A DNA stretch of 64,000 nucleotides from Mobula hypostoma. Taxonomy: Eukaryota. Below the pieces are notes generated by a model. The model had not been told where the DNA came from and did no database searches. It saw only the letters and a list, made by a program, of their open reading frames with translations. The position numbers and the translations under genes are program-made. Below are positions 26,672 through 40,283 of this stretch, piece after piece (the first letter of the stretch is position 1; the number at the start of each line of letters is the position of its first letter). The stretch lies in the NCBI RefSeq assembly GCF_963921235.1, contig NC_086097.1:215390001-215454000 (forward strand), given 5' to 3'.

Positions 26672-27388
26672 TAGACATACCTTATTGATCCCGAGGGAAA
26701 TTTGGTTTCGTTACAGTTGCACCAACCAAGAACAGAGTATAAGTATAGCAATATAAAACTATAAATAATTAATACGTAAATTATACCAGGAAATAAGTCC
26801 AGGACCAGTCTATTGGCTCAGGGTGTCTGACCCTCCAAGGGAGGAGTTGTAAAGTTTGATAGCCACAGGCAGGAATGACTTCCTATGACGCTCTGTGCTG
26901 CATCTCGGTGGAATGAGTCTCTGGCTGAATGTACTCCTGTGCCCAACCAGTACATTATGTAGTGGATGGGAGACATTGTCCAAGATGGCATGCAACTTGG
27001 ACAGCATCCTCTTTTCAGACACCACCGTCAGAGAGTCCAGTTCCATCCCCACAACATCACTGGCCTTATGAATGAGTTTGTTAATTCTGTTGGTGTCTGC
27101 TACCCTCAGCCTGCTGCCCCAGCACACAACAGCAAACATGACAGCACTGGCCACCACAGACTCGTAGAACATCCTCAGCGTTGTCCGGCAGATGTTAAAG
27201 GACCTCAGTCTCGTCAGGAAATAGAGACGGCTCTGACCCTTCTTGTAGACAGCCTCAGTGTTCTTTGACCAGTCCAGTTTATTGTCAATTCGTATCCTTA
27301 GGTATTTGTAATCCTCCACCATGTCCACACTGACCCCCTGGAAGGAAACAGGGGTCACTGGTACCTTAGCTCTCCTCAGGTCCACCAC
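26672..27388 (-). mobile_element. Rex1/Babar-like family B 3' fragment
   Basis: ORF 26810-27505 reads KKGQSRLYFLTRLRSFNIC...MFYESVVASAVMFAVVCWG...KSFLPVAIKLYN. Confidence 0.9.
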
Positions 27389-27569
27389 TAGGTAGGTAGA
27401 TAATAACATGTGGGCCATGACAAGGTCGGTCCTGAGGCCAAGAGTTCTTTCTTCCATTCTATCCTGTTCCCACTCAATTCCAGTGGGAAAATTAGATGGG
27501 GACATGCTGAAATTTCCAAGCTTAGGATACTCAGACTTACAGTTTCTGAATTGAATACCATGATGTTGA

Positions 27570-27690
27570 TGAGTCCAGGTGAAGGGTCTAACACCAAGCC
27601 ATCATTTCCTTCCACAGAGGCTGCCTAATCTGCTGAGTTCCTCCAGCACTAAGCGTGTTGGTCCAGATTCCAGCATCTGTAATCTCCTGT
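27570..27690 (+). mobile_element. Degraded short PLE-derived terminal-repeat unit
   Basis: agtccaggtgaagggtct...ctgctgagttcctccagca...agattccagcatctg. Confidence 0.6.
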
Positions 27691-28514
27691 GCATTTATTT
27701 GCAAGGGATATTTGAAGATGCGTTGCAGTTTAGCTATATAACTATTTCCACTGTTACTAGGCTAAATTCGTCATATGTAACAGTTAGGGTGCCACTGCTT
27801 TTCATTTTTTTCATGGACCTGAAAATATAATCTTCATTTTTCTCTGGATAAACTGTTTCAAACATGGATATCCTTTGCTGCACCATCCTGTAAATGTCAC
27901 ACATAACCTAATGGCCTCTGTCTCTCCCATCATCCTGCACTGATAACCTTTCTCCCTCTCTTTCCCCACGAACTGTTCCCTTGTCCATTAATAAGAGATG
28001 GACATTAATTAATTATTGATTATTAATGCTTTATTGTCCTGGGAAGGTATCACTGTGAAGCCTGTGGGCAGAAATGCATCACTGGTTGTCAACATTTCAG
28101 AATCTCACCAAGCTGTCAACCACAGGTCACTAGCCAATCAAGCATCAGACACGTCTTCAGCATGCTTAGAGAATGCTGTTAACTAATGTCACCGGACCAA
28201 GGTTGAATCCCTAGTCATTGATGTATGATCAGGGCTCCTCTCCTCAGCCGTACCAAAGAAAATTGAACAAAGTGACACTGTAATAAAATAGTGAGAAATT
28301 GATCTTTTGTTGCTAACGTTATCTAGAAGACTAGAATATTGGCCACTAGTTGCAGTCTCTCTTCGCATATTTGTTCCTAGTGATTTCAACAGAACCAGAA
28401 ATCATGAGATAAGTTCAATTAACATTCCATAATTTTACACCTGCTTGGTGCTGATGCAGTTCTCCCATAGGCTTCTTTGTATTTAACTTCCTATACAATG
28501 AAACCTTCTGTGAG

Positions 28515-28800
28515 GATTGTCACCTTGCCTCGAGGGGATGCTTGCGAGTTCCTGAGATCCCAAGAGATATGCCATCCGTTACTTAGCTCCTGGTACTGTT
28601 ACCCATGGCAGTAAGGTCAAAGGGGAGGTTCCAACCAAAACCTCAGCGGTGGAGCTGATGGAAGGTGATGGCAGTGAAGATGGAGGTGTGTTCCATTTAT
28701 GTGGATCCCATATTGGCCTCTCCAGTCACCTGAAGACCCACCAATGGACAAGCCCTAAGGAGAACATCATACTTGACAAGTGATCACACTACAATGAAGC
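28515..28800 (+). mobile_element. RTE-like relic (5' UTR-like part joined to the 3' end)
   Basis: The 3' part encodes CGSHIGLSSHLKTH, resembling an RTE C-terminal C2H2-like motif. Confidence 0.45.
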
Positions 28801-29223
28801 AATAGTCAATAATTAATGCATGTCCATCTCTTAAATAATATCTCTTAAATAAAATTTGAAATACTAGTCTTTCTGAATAGCAACTAATTAACACCATTGA
28901 ACCTAGGCAGAACCTCATAAGGAACAGCATCCATAAATGATTACAAGCTCTGCTTTTATGTCCAAACTTAAATCAAAGGGGCAATGCAATGTGGGCAGGA
29001 GAAGCAGTTGGCTAAATCCTTTAAAGGGAGCTTAAGAATGAAAGGATCAGTGTGGAGTGGGATGAATCTGTGGCTGGGATTAGAGAGGGCAGCAAAGCAA
29101 CAAATGAGTGTGGTGATAATAATCAAAGGGATAAAGATATAAACCAAGTTGAGTTAAATTTATAAATTGGGAAATGAGGGGGGCCATTGCCAGGAAAGGG
29201 ACAAGGAAGATCAAGAAATCATG

Positions 29224-29325
29224 AATCCTAATCAAGGATCTTGGCCTGAAACATTGACTGCTTACTCTTTCCCATGGATACTGCCTGACCTGCTGAGTTC
29301 CTCCAGTATTTTGTGTGTATTGTTG
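29224..29325 (+). mobile_element. Degraded short PLE-derived unit with a decayed hammerhead motif
   Basis: aatcctaatcaaggatcttggcctgaaacattgactg...ctgctgagttcctccagtattttgtgtg. Confidence 0.7.
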
Positions 29326-30180
29326 ATAAGGAATGTGATCTTGTTCTGTGACATCCAGGGAGTAACCAGAGTTTTAAATAATTATGAACTTTGTCATGAT
29401 TCCACAAGGAGCCCTGGTGTATGGAGATACAGAGATAAGCAAATGCAGCAGTTGCCCCAAAGTTTGCTCATAATGTCAAACCTGACCCCTGGCAATTATC
29501 TCCCAGATGAGAGTTATTAATTTTACCTGAAATAGATCAGGTTACATATGTGCTTTAAAAACTCCAAAGAAACTAACAATGCAACATGGTGTTGAGTGTG
29601 GAATTTCCAAGCCTTCACTTCTAAGGACTTAACAAATGGACAGCAGATTCCACAGAATAAAATAATCAATGAATGCAATAAAGAGGATGTACCAACAGAG
29701 ATTCAAGAGGGAGAGAGAAAAAAAAGATTCAACCCTCAACAAATACTGGAAATATTGTTAAGTATTTTTCCTTCTCTAATCTCACCACCTCTTTCCACAC
29801 TGCCCCACCGCCATTTTATTTATTTATTTAAAACACACATTTTTTATGCAAGTTTGGGAGACAACTTCCTGATACATTTCCTCTTTCTTTCTCTATGGAT
29901 AAGGATGAATGTACCCGAAAACCGTAATCATTACAAGATGAGCTACTTAAGTATGGTAAACTGCATTAGGTCTTTTTTTCTTTTATTCCCTTCATTTCTC
30001 CAAATCTCACATTTCCTCATTTGTTCTTAAGTTTCCCTTAAACTACTTTTGAAATCATTCTACTGGAGCACACTGCATCACTCAGCTCAGGATGACCTGA
30101 ACAACTACTTCAGTAACAGGTACAATCTCTTTGAAGTATACAGCTGTGTCAACTTATCAATGCCCATTCATATGATCATA

Positions 30181-31798
<1,618 letters not shown>

Positions 31799-32639
31799 TT
31801 TATAAAAGCAGCCAGTGTAACAAAGGCGGATTATGGTATTTAGTGAGTGAGAAAGGGCAGGGTGGTCGAGTAGAGTAACTTTGCATGATCTGACTGCATT
31901 AATTGGGCTGAGCTCAGGTGAATTTGCTGTTTTGTTTTAACATTTATGTGATATTTTTTGTTTGAACTGCCAAGTACTTAATCTAGTTATGTGGTTACAT
32001 AATTTAGCTTTGTGCCCTCCAGCCTGTTCTTGGGTTAATTATAAAATTAGCTTGGTGACGAATTAGAAAGAACTTTGTTCCGTTTTTAAGATGGTGTTTA
32101 CTAGGTCAGTTGGCATAGCAGTTAATAATGCATTATGGATTGCCCCACAATGGGTCAGCACAGTGCAATAATCAGCAAATTGTTTAAAAATTACTTTTGG
32201 CTTAATTGTTATTCTGCTGAGATTGCAAATGGCACTATTCATTCAGGTCAATGCCATTACTACTAAATTATGACTTAATCCATTATTGCAGCACAAATAA
32301 AAGTAAACAAACAAGGTTTTTAATATTGTATAACTTCATATCAGAACAGTCAGTTTGACTGTGCTCAGTAACTGTCGTCATGGCTTTTCCTTTTAAGTTA
32401 ATGGTCGTTTCAGGACAGAAACTCTTTGCACTTCCAGAGTTCCCTTCTGAAATCCTCTGTCATGTCAGACCATATCTCCCTTGTGTCATCTACCCAAATC
32501 ATGGACCTGCCTTGGGACAGCATACTGGTTTACTGGGTGAATGGTAGCCACAAGATCGACAACCACAAAGACTCTGAGCCATGATGTGGACCCTCCTGTT
32601 ATATATCTGGGACGCTAGGGAATTGTAAAGATTAGGGCA

Positions 32640-34284
32640 CCGTATAAAAGGCAATGATAATAGGTTTAGGGAACCTTGGTAACTGAGATAATGAGGCCCA
32701 GGTTAAGAAAAAGGAGGTGCATAGCAGGTATTGGCAGGAAAGAGAAAATGAGTGTACTTGAGGAGTAGAGGAGATGCAATAGAATACTTAAAAAGGAAAT
32801 CAGGTGGGCTAAAAGGTATGAAGTTGTTCTCACAGACAAGGTGAAGAATTCCAAGGGCTTCTACAGATATATTAAAAGCAAAAGGATAGCAAAAGACAAC
32901 ATTGGTCCTCTGGATGATCAGAGTGGTCATCTATGCAGGCAGCTGATAGAGATGGGGGAGACCAGAAGTGGAATTTTTGCAACTTTATTTACTCAAGAAA
33001 TAGATGCAGTCTTTTAAAGCAGGAATGAGATCATGGATTGCTTACAAGTTACAGAAGAGGAAGTGTTTGCTGTCCTGAGACAGATTAGGGTGGATAAATT
33101 CCCAGTGCCAGAGACAATGTTCCCTTGGACCTTGTGAGGAGTTAGTGCAGAGGTTGCAGGGACCCTAGTAGAGATATTTAAAACATCCTTAGCCACAGGT
33201 GTGGTGTCGAAGAATTGGAGAATAGCTGATGTTGTTCCTTTGTTTAAGACAGACTAAGAATAAGCCAGAAAATTATAGACCAGTGAGCCTGGCATCAGTG
33301 CTGGGAAAGTTATTGGAAAGTATTTTGAGTACTTGGATATATAAAGTTTTTGATAGTCAGGGGCTGATTAGGGATAGCCAACATGGCTTTGTGCATGATA
33401 GGTTCACAGGGGTCGGTGCTGGGTCCATTATTTGTCATTAATATGAACGATCTGGGTGATAATGCAGTAAAATGGATCAGCAAATTTGCAGGTGCAACCA
33501 AGAATGGGCATGTAGTTGATGGTGAGGGAGACTATTACAGCTTGCAATGGGATCTGGACCAGGTGGAAAAATGGCAGATGGATTTTATTGCAGACAAATA
33601 TGAGGTGTTGTACTTTGGGAAGATAAACCAGGGCAGCAATTGACTGGAAGTTCATGAAATGCCACCCCTTCACCATTCCCATTTTCCTCTCTCACCTTAT
33701 CTCCTTACCTACCCATCACCACCCTTGCTGCTCCTCCTCCTTCCCTTTCTTCCTTGGCCTTCTCTCCTTGCCTATCAGATTCCCCCTTCTCCAGCCCTTT
33801 ATCTCTTTCACCAATCGATTTCCCAACTCTTTACTTCACCCTCTCCCCCTCCCAGTTTCTTCCTCTTTTCCCCCTTCTTACTCCGACTTTTCATCTTTTT
33901 TCTCCAGTCCAGATGAAAGACCTTGGCCCAAAATTGTCGACTGTTTACTCATTTCCAGAGATGCTGGCTGGCCTGCTGAGTTCCTCCAGCACTTTGTGTG
34001 TGTTGCTTGGATTTCCAGCATCTGCAGATGTTCTCTTGTTTGTGATATTTCCAATGAAGTTGGGTGAGACTAGAACGAGAGGTCATGGCATAAGGGTGAA
34101 AGGTGAAATGTTTAAGAGCAACATGAGGGGGACCTTCTTCACTCGGAGATTGATGAGTGTGGAACAGGCTGCCAGTGGCAGTGATGGAGGTGGGAACAAT
34201 TTCAGCATTTATGAGAAATTTGGATAGGTATATGGATGGGAGGGGTATGGACAGCTATGATCAAGTACAGGTGACTAGGCAGAT
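32640..34284 (+). mobile_element. Old CR1 relic with internal deletions; its 3' UTR resumes at 39482-39515 after the Academ insertion
   Basis: KPENYRPVSLASVLGKLLE, QGSVLGPLF, KFAGATK and TRTRGH motifs. The tail gggcctgtttctgtg lies at 39484. Confidence 0.85.
33645..34046 (+). mobile_element. PLE 3' terminal fragment (pyrimidine-rich UTR plus decayed hammerhead unit) nested in CR1
   Basis: A C/T-rich tract is followed by cagtccagatgaaagaccttggcccaaaattgtcgactg...ctgctgagttcctccagcactttgtgtgtgttgcttggatttccagcatctgcag. Confidence 0.8.
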
Positions 34285-37200
34285 TAGTGCCTGAGCCAGG
34301 ACCCCAAATTTGGGCCACCAGTACCATCTGGGGGGAATAACTCATAGTGATTTTTGGCAAAGTATACACCCCTAGTACTAGAAAATACGTGATAGCATTG
34401 CAGTGGTGGTAGTTTTCTGTGTGTTATCACTCGATTTATAACCCCATGCCAAAACACACTTTTCAAAACTATACATAGCACAGAATAAAGCATTTTATTT
34501 CAAACTGATGGTTCTCTTATTTTTGACGCTTTACCTTTGAAAATTGCTGGGAATATAGCTCAGACTATGTTTTTCAGAAAGTTGTTAAAATTAGTATCTC
34601 TACAAATGCCATCTATTACTGGCAGTGACAACAGTGACTATACATTACATAAGATGTACTTCTGTTTTCATGTTCTGTTTCATTTCTATCTTGTATATCA
34701 CCATTTATATCACCTTTGCAGCAGGTGCTTTTTTCACCAGCAATGTTAATGTGATTTTTTTCTGTTTCAGGTACTGTGGTAGTGGGATAGTCCTGCACAA
34801 CAGAGGGGAGAGAAGAGTAGAGTGGATTTATATCTGGAGTAGCTAAATCACTTTGCTTCAGAATGGAGAGCCATAAGCACAAAGAATCTATTAAGCAGTG
34901 TATCATACACCAGAAAACATCAAAAGATGACCATTTAGTTAGTCCTCAAGATTATGAATCCTGGTAAACATTACTTGAAGCAGCCAAAGTGAGAAACTAT
35001 GCTGCTATTTTAGACGTTGCTAAAGAACTTGGCGAAAAAAAAGTCCCAAGAATCTGCTATCACTGAAAATGCCAAAGCCTCTTCACCATGGAGAGACTTA
35101 GAGACTCTGAAAAGGAAAGCCAAGGAAAGCATTACTGATGAAGCTGGTGAGAATACCTGTACATCAAAAAGGCCAAGTAGGAGATCTTCATCAGAAGCAA
35201 AGGGTGTATGATCAAATCTGCATTTTTTGTAATAAGGTGAAATTTCTGAAGGGCTCCAAGTGACGTGAAAAGCTTGCACAAGCTGTACAACTCAGCTGAC
35301 CAAACACTACGAGAATGTGCAACCCAAAAGGAAGATGAAAAGATTCTAGCAGTAACAAGCAGAGATGTAGTTGCTGCAGAGGCCCACTATCATGTTCCAT
35401 GCTGTAAGGATTATACCAGAATCAAGAAAAAGGAACCTGAGTACAAAGAGAATGCTGATGAAACAGATGGTGATGAACTGTATAAAAGGATTGAAAGGGA
35501 AGCCTATAAAGACCTTTTCAAGTATATCAGAACTGATATCATACCCAACAAGACGATTGTACAAGTCACTTCTTTGGTCACAAAACTTGAATCTTTCATG
35601 CTATCTGGTGGAGTTACACTCCTGCAAGATTCTACAAGGAAGCACACTCGTAGGAAACTGGAATCGGAGCTGGGCAATTCAGTAGATATATTTCCAGATA
35701 ACAAAGGAAAATTGTTAATGGTTCCTGAAGTGTATCGTTAAGGGATGTTGTCTTGGAAAATCAAACTCTACAGAGGGAACTCAAAGTTTGGAGGGCCAAA
35801 GCACCCAATTTCAACAAGATCATAGATCAGACTTCATCACGTATCAGATCAATCATTAGACAGGAGATGACTGACTCCCTGGCCATTCCATCCATCTGAT
35901 GTGAAAGATAGTGCTCACACCTCCACACCAAATCAACTAGAGCAGCTTCTTGTTGGACTGCTCACTGGAAATCCTGACACCAAGACTCAAACACAATGGG
36001 TCACTGCTCTGGTTCAGTCATTTAGTCAGGACATAATATATGCTGTGACACGTGGCCAACATAAACCACCAAAGCACCTTCTACTTCCTTATGCAGTAAA
36101 AACACTGATGGGTAACACTGAGCTCATCCAAACACTGAACAGGCTTGGGCATGGGTGTCTTACTCCCAACTTGGAGAACAACACTGCTCTGTGTCTCCAA
36201 AAGCTAGCAACAGCCTCCAACCAGGCAGCTGTACTTCCAGCCTCCATCAAGCCTCATGTCTTCACCAATCTTGCATGGGACTATCGATAGACTTGAGGAA
36301 ACTCTCACTGGAAAGGGTACATCACAGAGTCAATGGCATAGTGGTACAGGCCAATGTCTATGGACCACATCTGCCAAGAGCTGAGCTTCCACACATTGAG
36401 AAACTGAAGCAGAGATCAGTCACCATTGAGGACCAAGCACTGGAAGAATATGTGGTAGGTGCACATGTGGGCCCACAGCCTCTCCCAACCAGGGAACACT
36501 GTCTGGGAAACCAAAGAAGCTGCTCTTCTTGCCTGCAAGAACAACCTGGTGTGGACACTTGCAAGGCAAACAGATCCAGAGAACCAGAAAATCTCAACCT
36601 GGACTGGTTTTAATATCAGCACCAGGGACCAAGAACCACTCTCACAAGATATTGTTGGGTATCTGCCAACCATCAATTTACCAGCCACAGAGTTGACCAC
36701 AGTATTTGAAATCCTGAACCATTCAGAGCTAATCAGGAAGGAACTTCATTTAGAAACAATTCATGGATCAAGTCATGGATCAAGCACTCTATGCAAAAGC
36801 CACTGAAATTTCCTGGAAGCACAAAGAGCATTTCTCCAACATTCTTCTCAGGATGGGGACATTCCATACCATATGTAATGCCTTAACCATTCTAGGAAAG
36901 CAATTTTGGGATGCCAGTCTAAAGGACGTATGCATAGAGGCTGGAATTGTCGCAGAGGGGTCCATCAATGGAGTCCTTGATGGTAAACACCATAATTGTG
37001 CTGTCAGGGTCCACAAGTACATCTATGAAGCACTGATGAGACTCGCATGGGCAGAGTTCACACTGTGGGCTAAGGACACCGTTCCAGAGAGGAGTGGGGT
37101 GATCAAATCATTCTTAGACCATGTGAACGACATAGCCAGTGACTTGATCCAACAGAAGTTGAACAATCTGCTGCAAAGTCCACTCTTAGCTGAGCTGATA

Positions 37201-38742
37201 GCCCTGTGGACAGACTTCCTGGAACACCTCTGTCACAATGATGGAGAGCTATCCGCATTCTGGATATCACAGATTGACATAGTAGAGAACGTAGTACTTG
37301 GGCTTCTGCACGCCTCTCGTGAGGGGGACTGGGAGTTGCACCTCCATGCTACAAGAACCATGATCCCATGGTGCTTTGCCTATGATAAGATGAATTATGC
37401 CAGGTGCCTGGCCCCTTACGTTGCTCAGATGATGAACCTCCCAGACAAGAATCCTTCTGTGTATGAGGCCTTCAAGACTGGCCAATTCTCAGTGCAGCTG
37501 TCAAGTAACAACCCCTTTGGGCAGATCCCTGTGGACCAGGCTATTGAAGCCACAGTGAACAAAGGCACACAGACTCCTGGAGGCACATCACGATTCATCC
37601 TGAATGCTGGACCTATCAAGCGTTACTACATAACAGCTGAGCACCGCAGTGCATTCCTGGGACAGTTAAGGGAGATGATTGCAAGGCAACAAATCAGAGC
37701 CTTATCATGCGGAGCTACAGCAGCCAAGAATCCAGAAAGATGAGGAAGCAGTTTCAGCAGTGGTTAGCCTCATACATGAATGGGTCAACCCATTTGCAGA
37801 GAAGTGGGACCTCATTAGCATCTCTACGGCAAAGGCAGCCCCCAAGGATATTGCCTCCAACCTGATGAAGGCATATGAGATTGGTGAGCAATGCTATGCA
37901 ACCTTCAAGGATGAAAGACTAGAGGAAGACCCACCAGCAAAGAAATTCCATGACCCAAGGAAAACATTCAGTGATATGTGCAAGAGAAGTGAAATCAAAT
38001 GGGAGGGCGATCATCTTGAAAGCAGATAGGTCTTTGTTTGGATGCATCATAGTGATGCCACAAGGGCACAGTCTACGTATGGAGGATATCCTTTTTCATC
38101 TCCTGGGACCATTTCCCTGGGCCCTGTCCACACCAGAAGGATCGCTGAGAAAGGCAAGTAAAGCTGCTTTAGCCACCACCTTGTAGAAAAATGTAGCAGT
38201 AGAAGAGCAACTCCCAGGAAACTCTGCTACAGTGGTTGATGGAATGAACTTGGTCCAAAGAGTGAAAGATGATCAAATTACTTTCAGAGATGCTGCCACA
38301 ACAATTCTGGGTATGGCTCTGAGGAAAGGCAGTCAGAGTAGCAGAATAGATGTTGTGTTCGACACATATGAGAACTCTATCAAGAATAGTGAAAGGTCTC
38401 TACGGGGTGAAGAGACAGGTCATGAATTTCAAGGTATCACAGGCACACAGATGGTGAGGCAGCGGAGGAGCTTCCTGACCAAAGTTAGTAACAAAAATAG
38501 TCTCATTGGCTTCATAGTCCATGAATGGAGGACGGCAGAGTGCAGAGCAAAGCTACAGAGAAGATTCTCTATGCAACTGTGAATGACAAATGTTACAGAA
38601 TTACATCTCAAGACAGTGAGGAGGTGTCAGCTCTTCAGTGTCAACAAGAAGCAGATGGCCACCTACTTCTTCATACTGCCTACGCTACAAGAGAGAGATA
38701 CCAATCTGTAGTGATCTGCTCAGAAGACACATATCTTTATCA

Positions 38743-38844
38743 AGCAACACACATAAAAGTTGCTGGTGAACGCAGCAGGCCAGGCAGCATCTCTAGGAAG
38801 AGGTGCAGTCGACGTTTCAGGCAGAGACCCTTCGTCAGGACTAA
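38743..38844 (-). mobile_element. 102-bp PLE terminal-repeat insert in the Academ nuclease domain
   Basis: Nearly identical to 21876-21976. TSD CTTTATCA at 38735-38742 and 38845-38852. Confidence 0.9.
38807..38842 (-). ncRNA. Minimal type I hammerhead ribozyme motif with intact core
   Basis: Reverse complement AGTC-CTGACGA-AGG-GTCTCTG-CCT-GAAA-CGTC-GACT has stem I, stem II, both conserved boxes, palindromic ACGT at stem III and a GUC cleavage triplet. Confidence 0.75.
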
Positions 38845-39684
38845 CTTTATCATGTCTTTAGCATTTTGTGACAAGATTGAGGCCCCATTGTTCCAGAGGT
38901 GTGTCACTAGAACCCGTACAAGGCTTGTAGACATCAGGAAGGTTGCTGCTACTGTTGGAATAGAGATTTGTAGGGCTCTCATCATGTTGCACGCATATAC
39001 AGGATGTGACACTGTAAGCCCTTTTGCAGGCAAAGGGAAGACAAGTGCCCTAAAACTTCTGACCAGCAACAAGGAAACTCAGGACACATTCTTAGAGTTG
39101 GGTCAGGAATGGGACCTCTCCCCAGAACTGATGGACAAACTGGAGGCATTTACATGTCTCCTGTATGCCCCAAAAGCATCAACCACGAAGGTCAGTGAGC
39201 TCAGGTATCACCTTTTCTGTGCCAAAAAAGGCAAAATCAAAAGTCACCAACTCCAACCATGCAAGGACTGCTAAACAAAACGTGTACAGTGGGCCAACTA
39301 CCAGGCTGGTATATAGAGAAGATGTTTGGAGAAAGACCCACAAGTGCCAAGCACACATAAAGCTACCACTGGTCCAATGCTATCACATATTTTCTAACTC
39401 GAGGTGTATACCTTGCCAAAAATCACTATGAACATTCTTCCCCATGGATGGTACCGGCCAACCCTACTGGCTCACGGACTATAGGGCCTGTTTCTGTGTT
39501 CCACAACTCTATGCTGCAGGTATTTCTTTTGTAGCTTCCATACTTTGGATATGCCACACACAACAGTGATTAGATTCCTCTCCCATTTATATTTTCTGAT
39601 TATATTTTCCACATATTGTATTTAAAGATGTGAAAATGAGTGAGCATTTTACACAAATTTCAACCACATTCCACAAATATTTAG

Positions 39685-40283
39685 AACACAGAACGTAGAA
39701 CATAGCACATAGAAATTCACAGCGCATTACAGGTCCTTCGGCCCACAATGTTGTGTCGACCATGTAACCTACTCTAGAGACTGCCTAGGCTTACCCTATG
39801 GCATAGCCCCCTATTGTTCCAAGCTCCATGTACCTATCTAGGAGTCTCTTAAAAGACCCTATTGTATCCATCTCCAGCACCATCACTGGCAGTGCATTCC
39901 ACGCACCCACCATTCACTATGTGGAAAAACTTACCCCTGACATCTCTTCTATACCTACTTCCAAACACCTTAAAGCTATGCCCCTTATGCCACTTGTGTT
40001 AGCCAGATGAGCCAGGGAAAAACAGCCTTTGGCTATCCAGACAATCAACACCTCTCATCTTATACACTTCTAGCAGGTCACCTCGCATCCTCTGTCACTC
40101 CAAGGAGAAAAAAAAAATCAAATTCACTCAACCTACTCTCATAAGGCACGCTCTCCAATCCAGGCAACATCCTTGTAAATGTCCTCTGCACTCTCTCTAT
40201 GGTATCCACATCTTCCTGTAGTGAGGTGACCAGAACTGAACACAGTACTCCAAGTGGGGTCTGGCCAAGGTCTTATATAGCTG
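39685..40283 (-). mobile_element. CR1 3' fragment
   Basis: Minus strand encodes RPHLEYCVQFWSP-like sequence (ccagaactgaacacagtactccaagtg) and has an agaac-type tail. Confidence 0.9.

Larger units (their letters stand above)
34863..39351 (+). pseudogene. Academ-type transposase/XPG-like nuclease pseudogene (~1500 codons, many stops and frameshifts)
   Basis: ATG at 34863 (MESHKHKESIKQCIIH). Transposase-like motifs: AEAHYHVPC, AWD.ID..EETLTGKGT, DQALYAKA, MGTFH, REGDWELHL, AYDKMNYAR, DQAIEATVNK. Nuclease motifs: VVDGM, RIDVVFDTY, EADGHLLLH, SEDT, HAYTGCDTVSPFAGKGK. Confidence 0.85.
34285..39481 (+). mobile_element. Academ superfamily (AcademX-type) DNA transposon, decayed autonomous copy
   Basis: TAG...CTA termini. 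Imperfect TIRs at 34285-34423 and 39352-39481 share the core CATAGTGATTTTTGGCAA.GTATACACC. The interior is one long fragmented coding region with DDE-like and XPG/FEN1-like motifs. Confidence 0.85.

Noticed and set aside
29596..30030. 144-aa ORF in unique sequence
   Set aside because: Non-ATG start, low-complexity F/L/S composition and no motif.
38525..39274. 249-aa ORF with an inserted basic peptide (QATHIKVAGERSRPGSISRKR...)
   Set aside because: The peptide is the antisense reading of the 102-bp PLE insert. The frame stays open only by coincidence within a heavily disrupted pseudogene.
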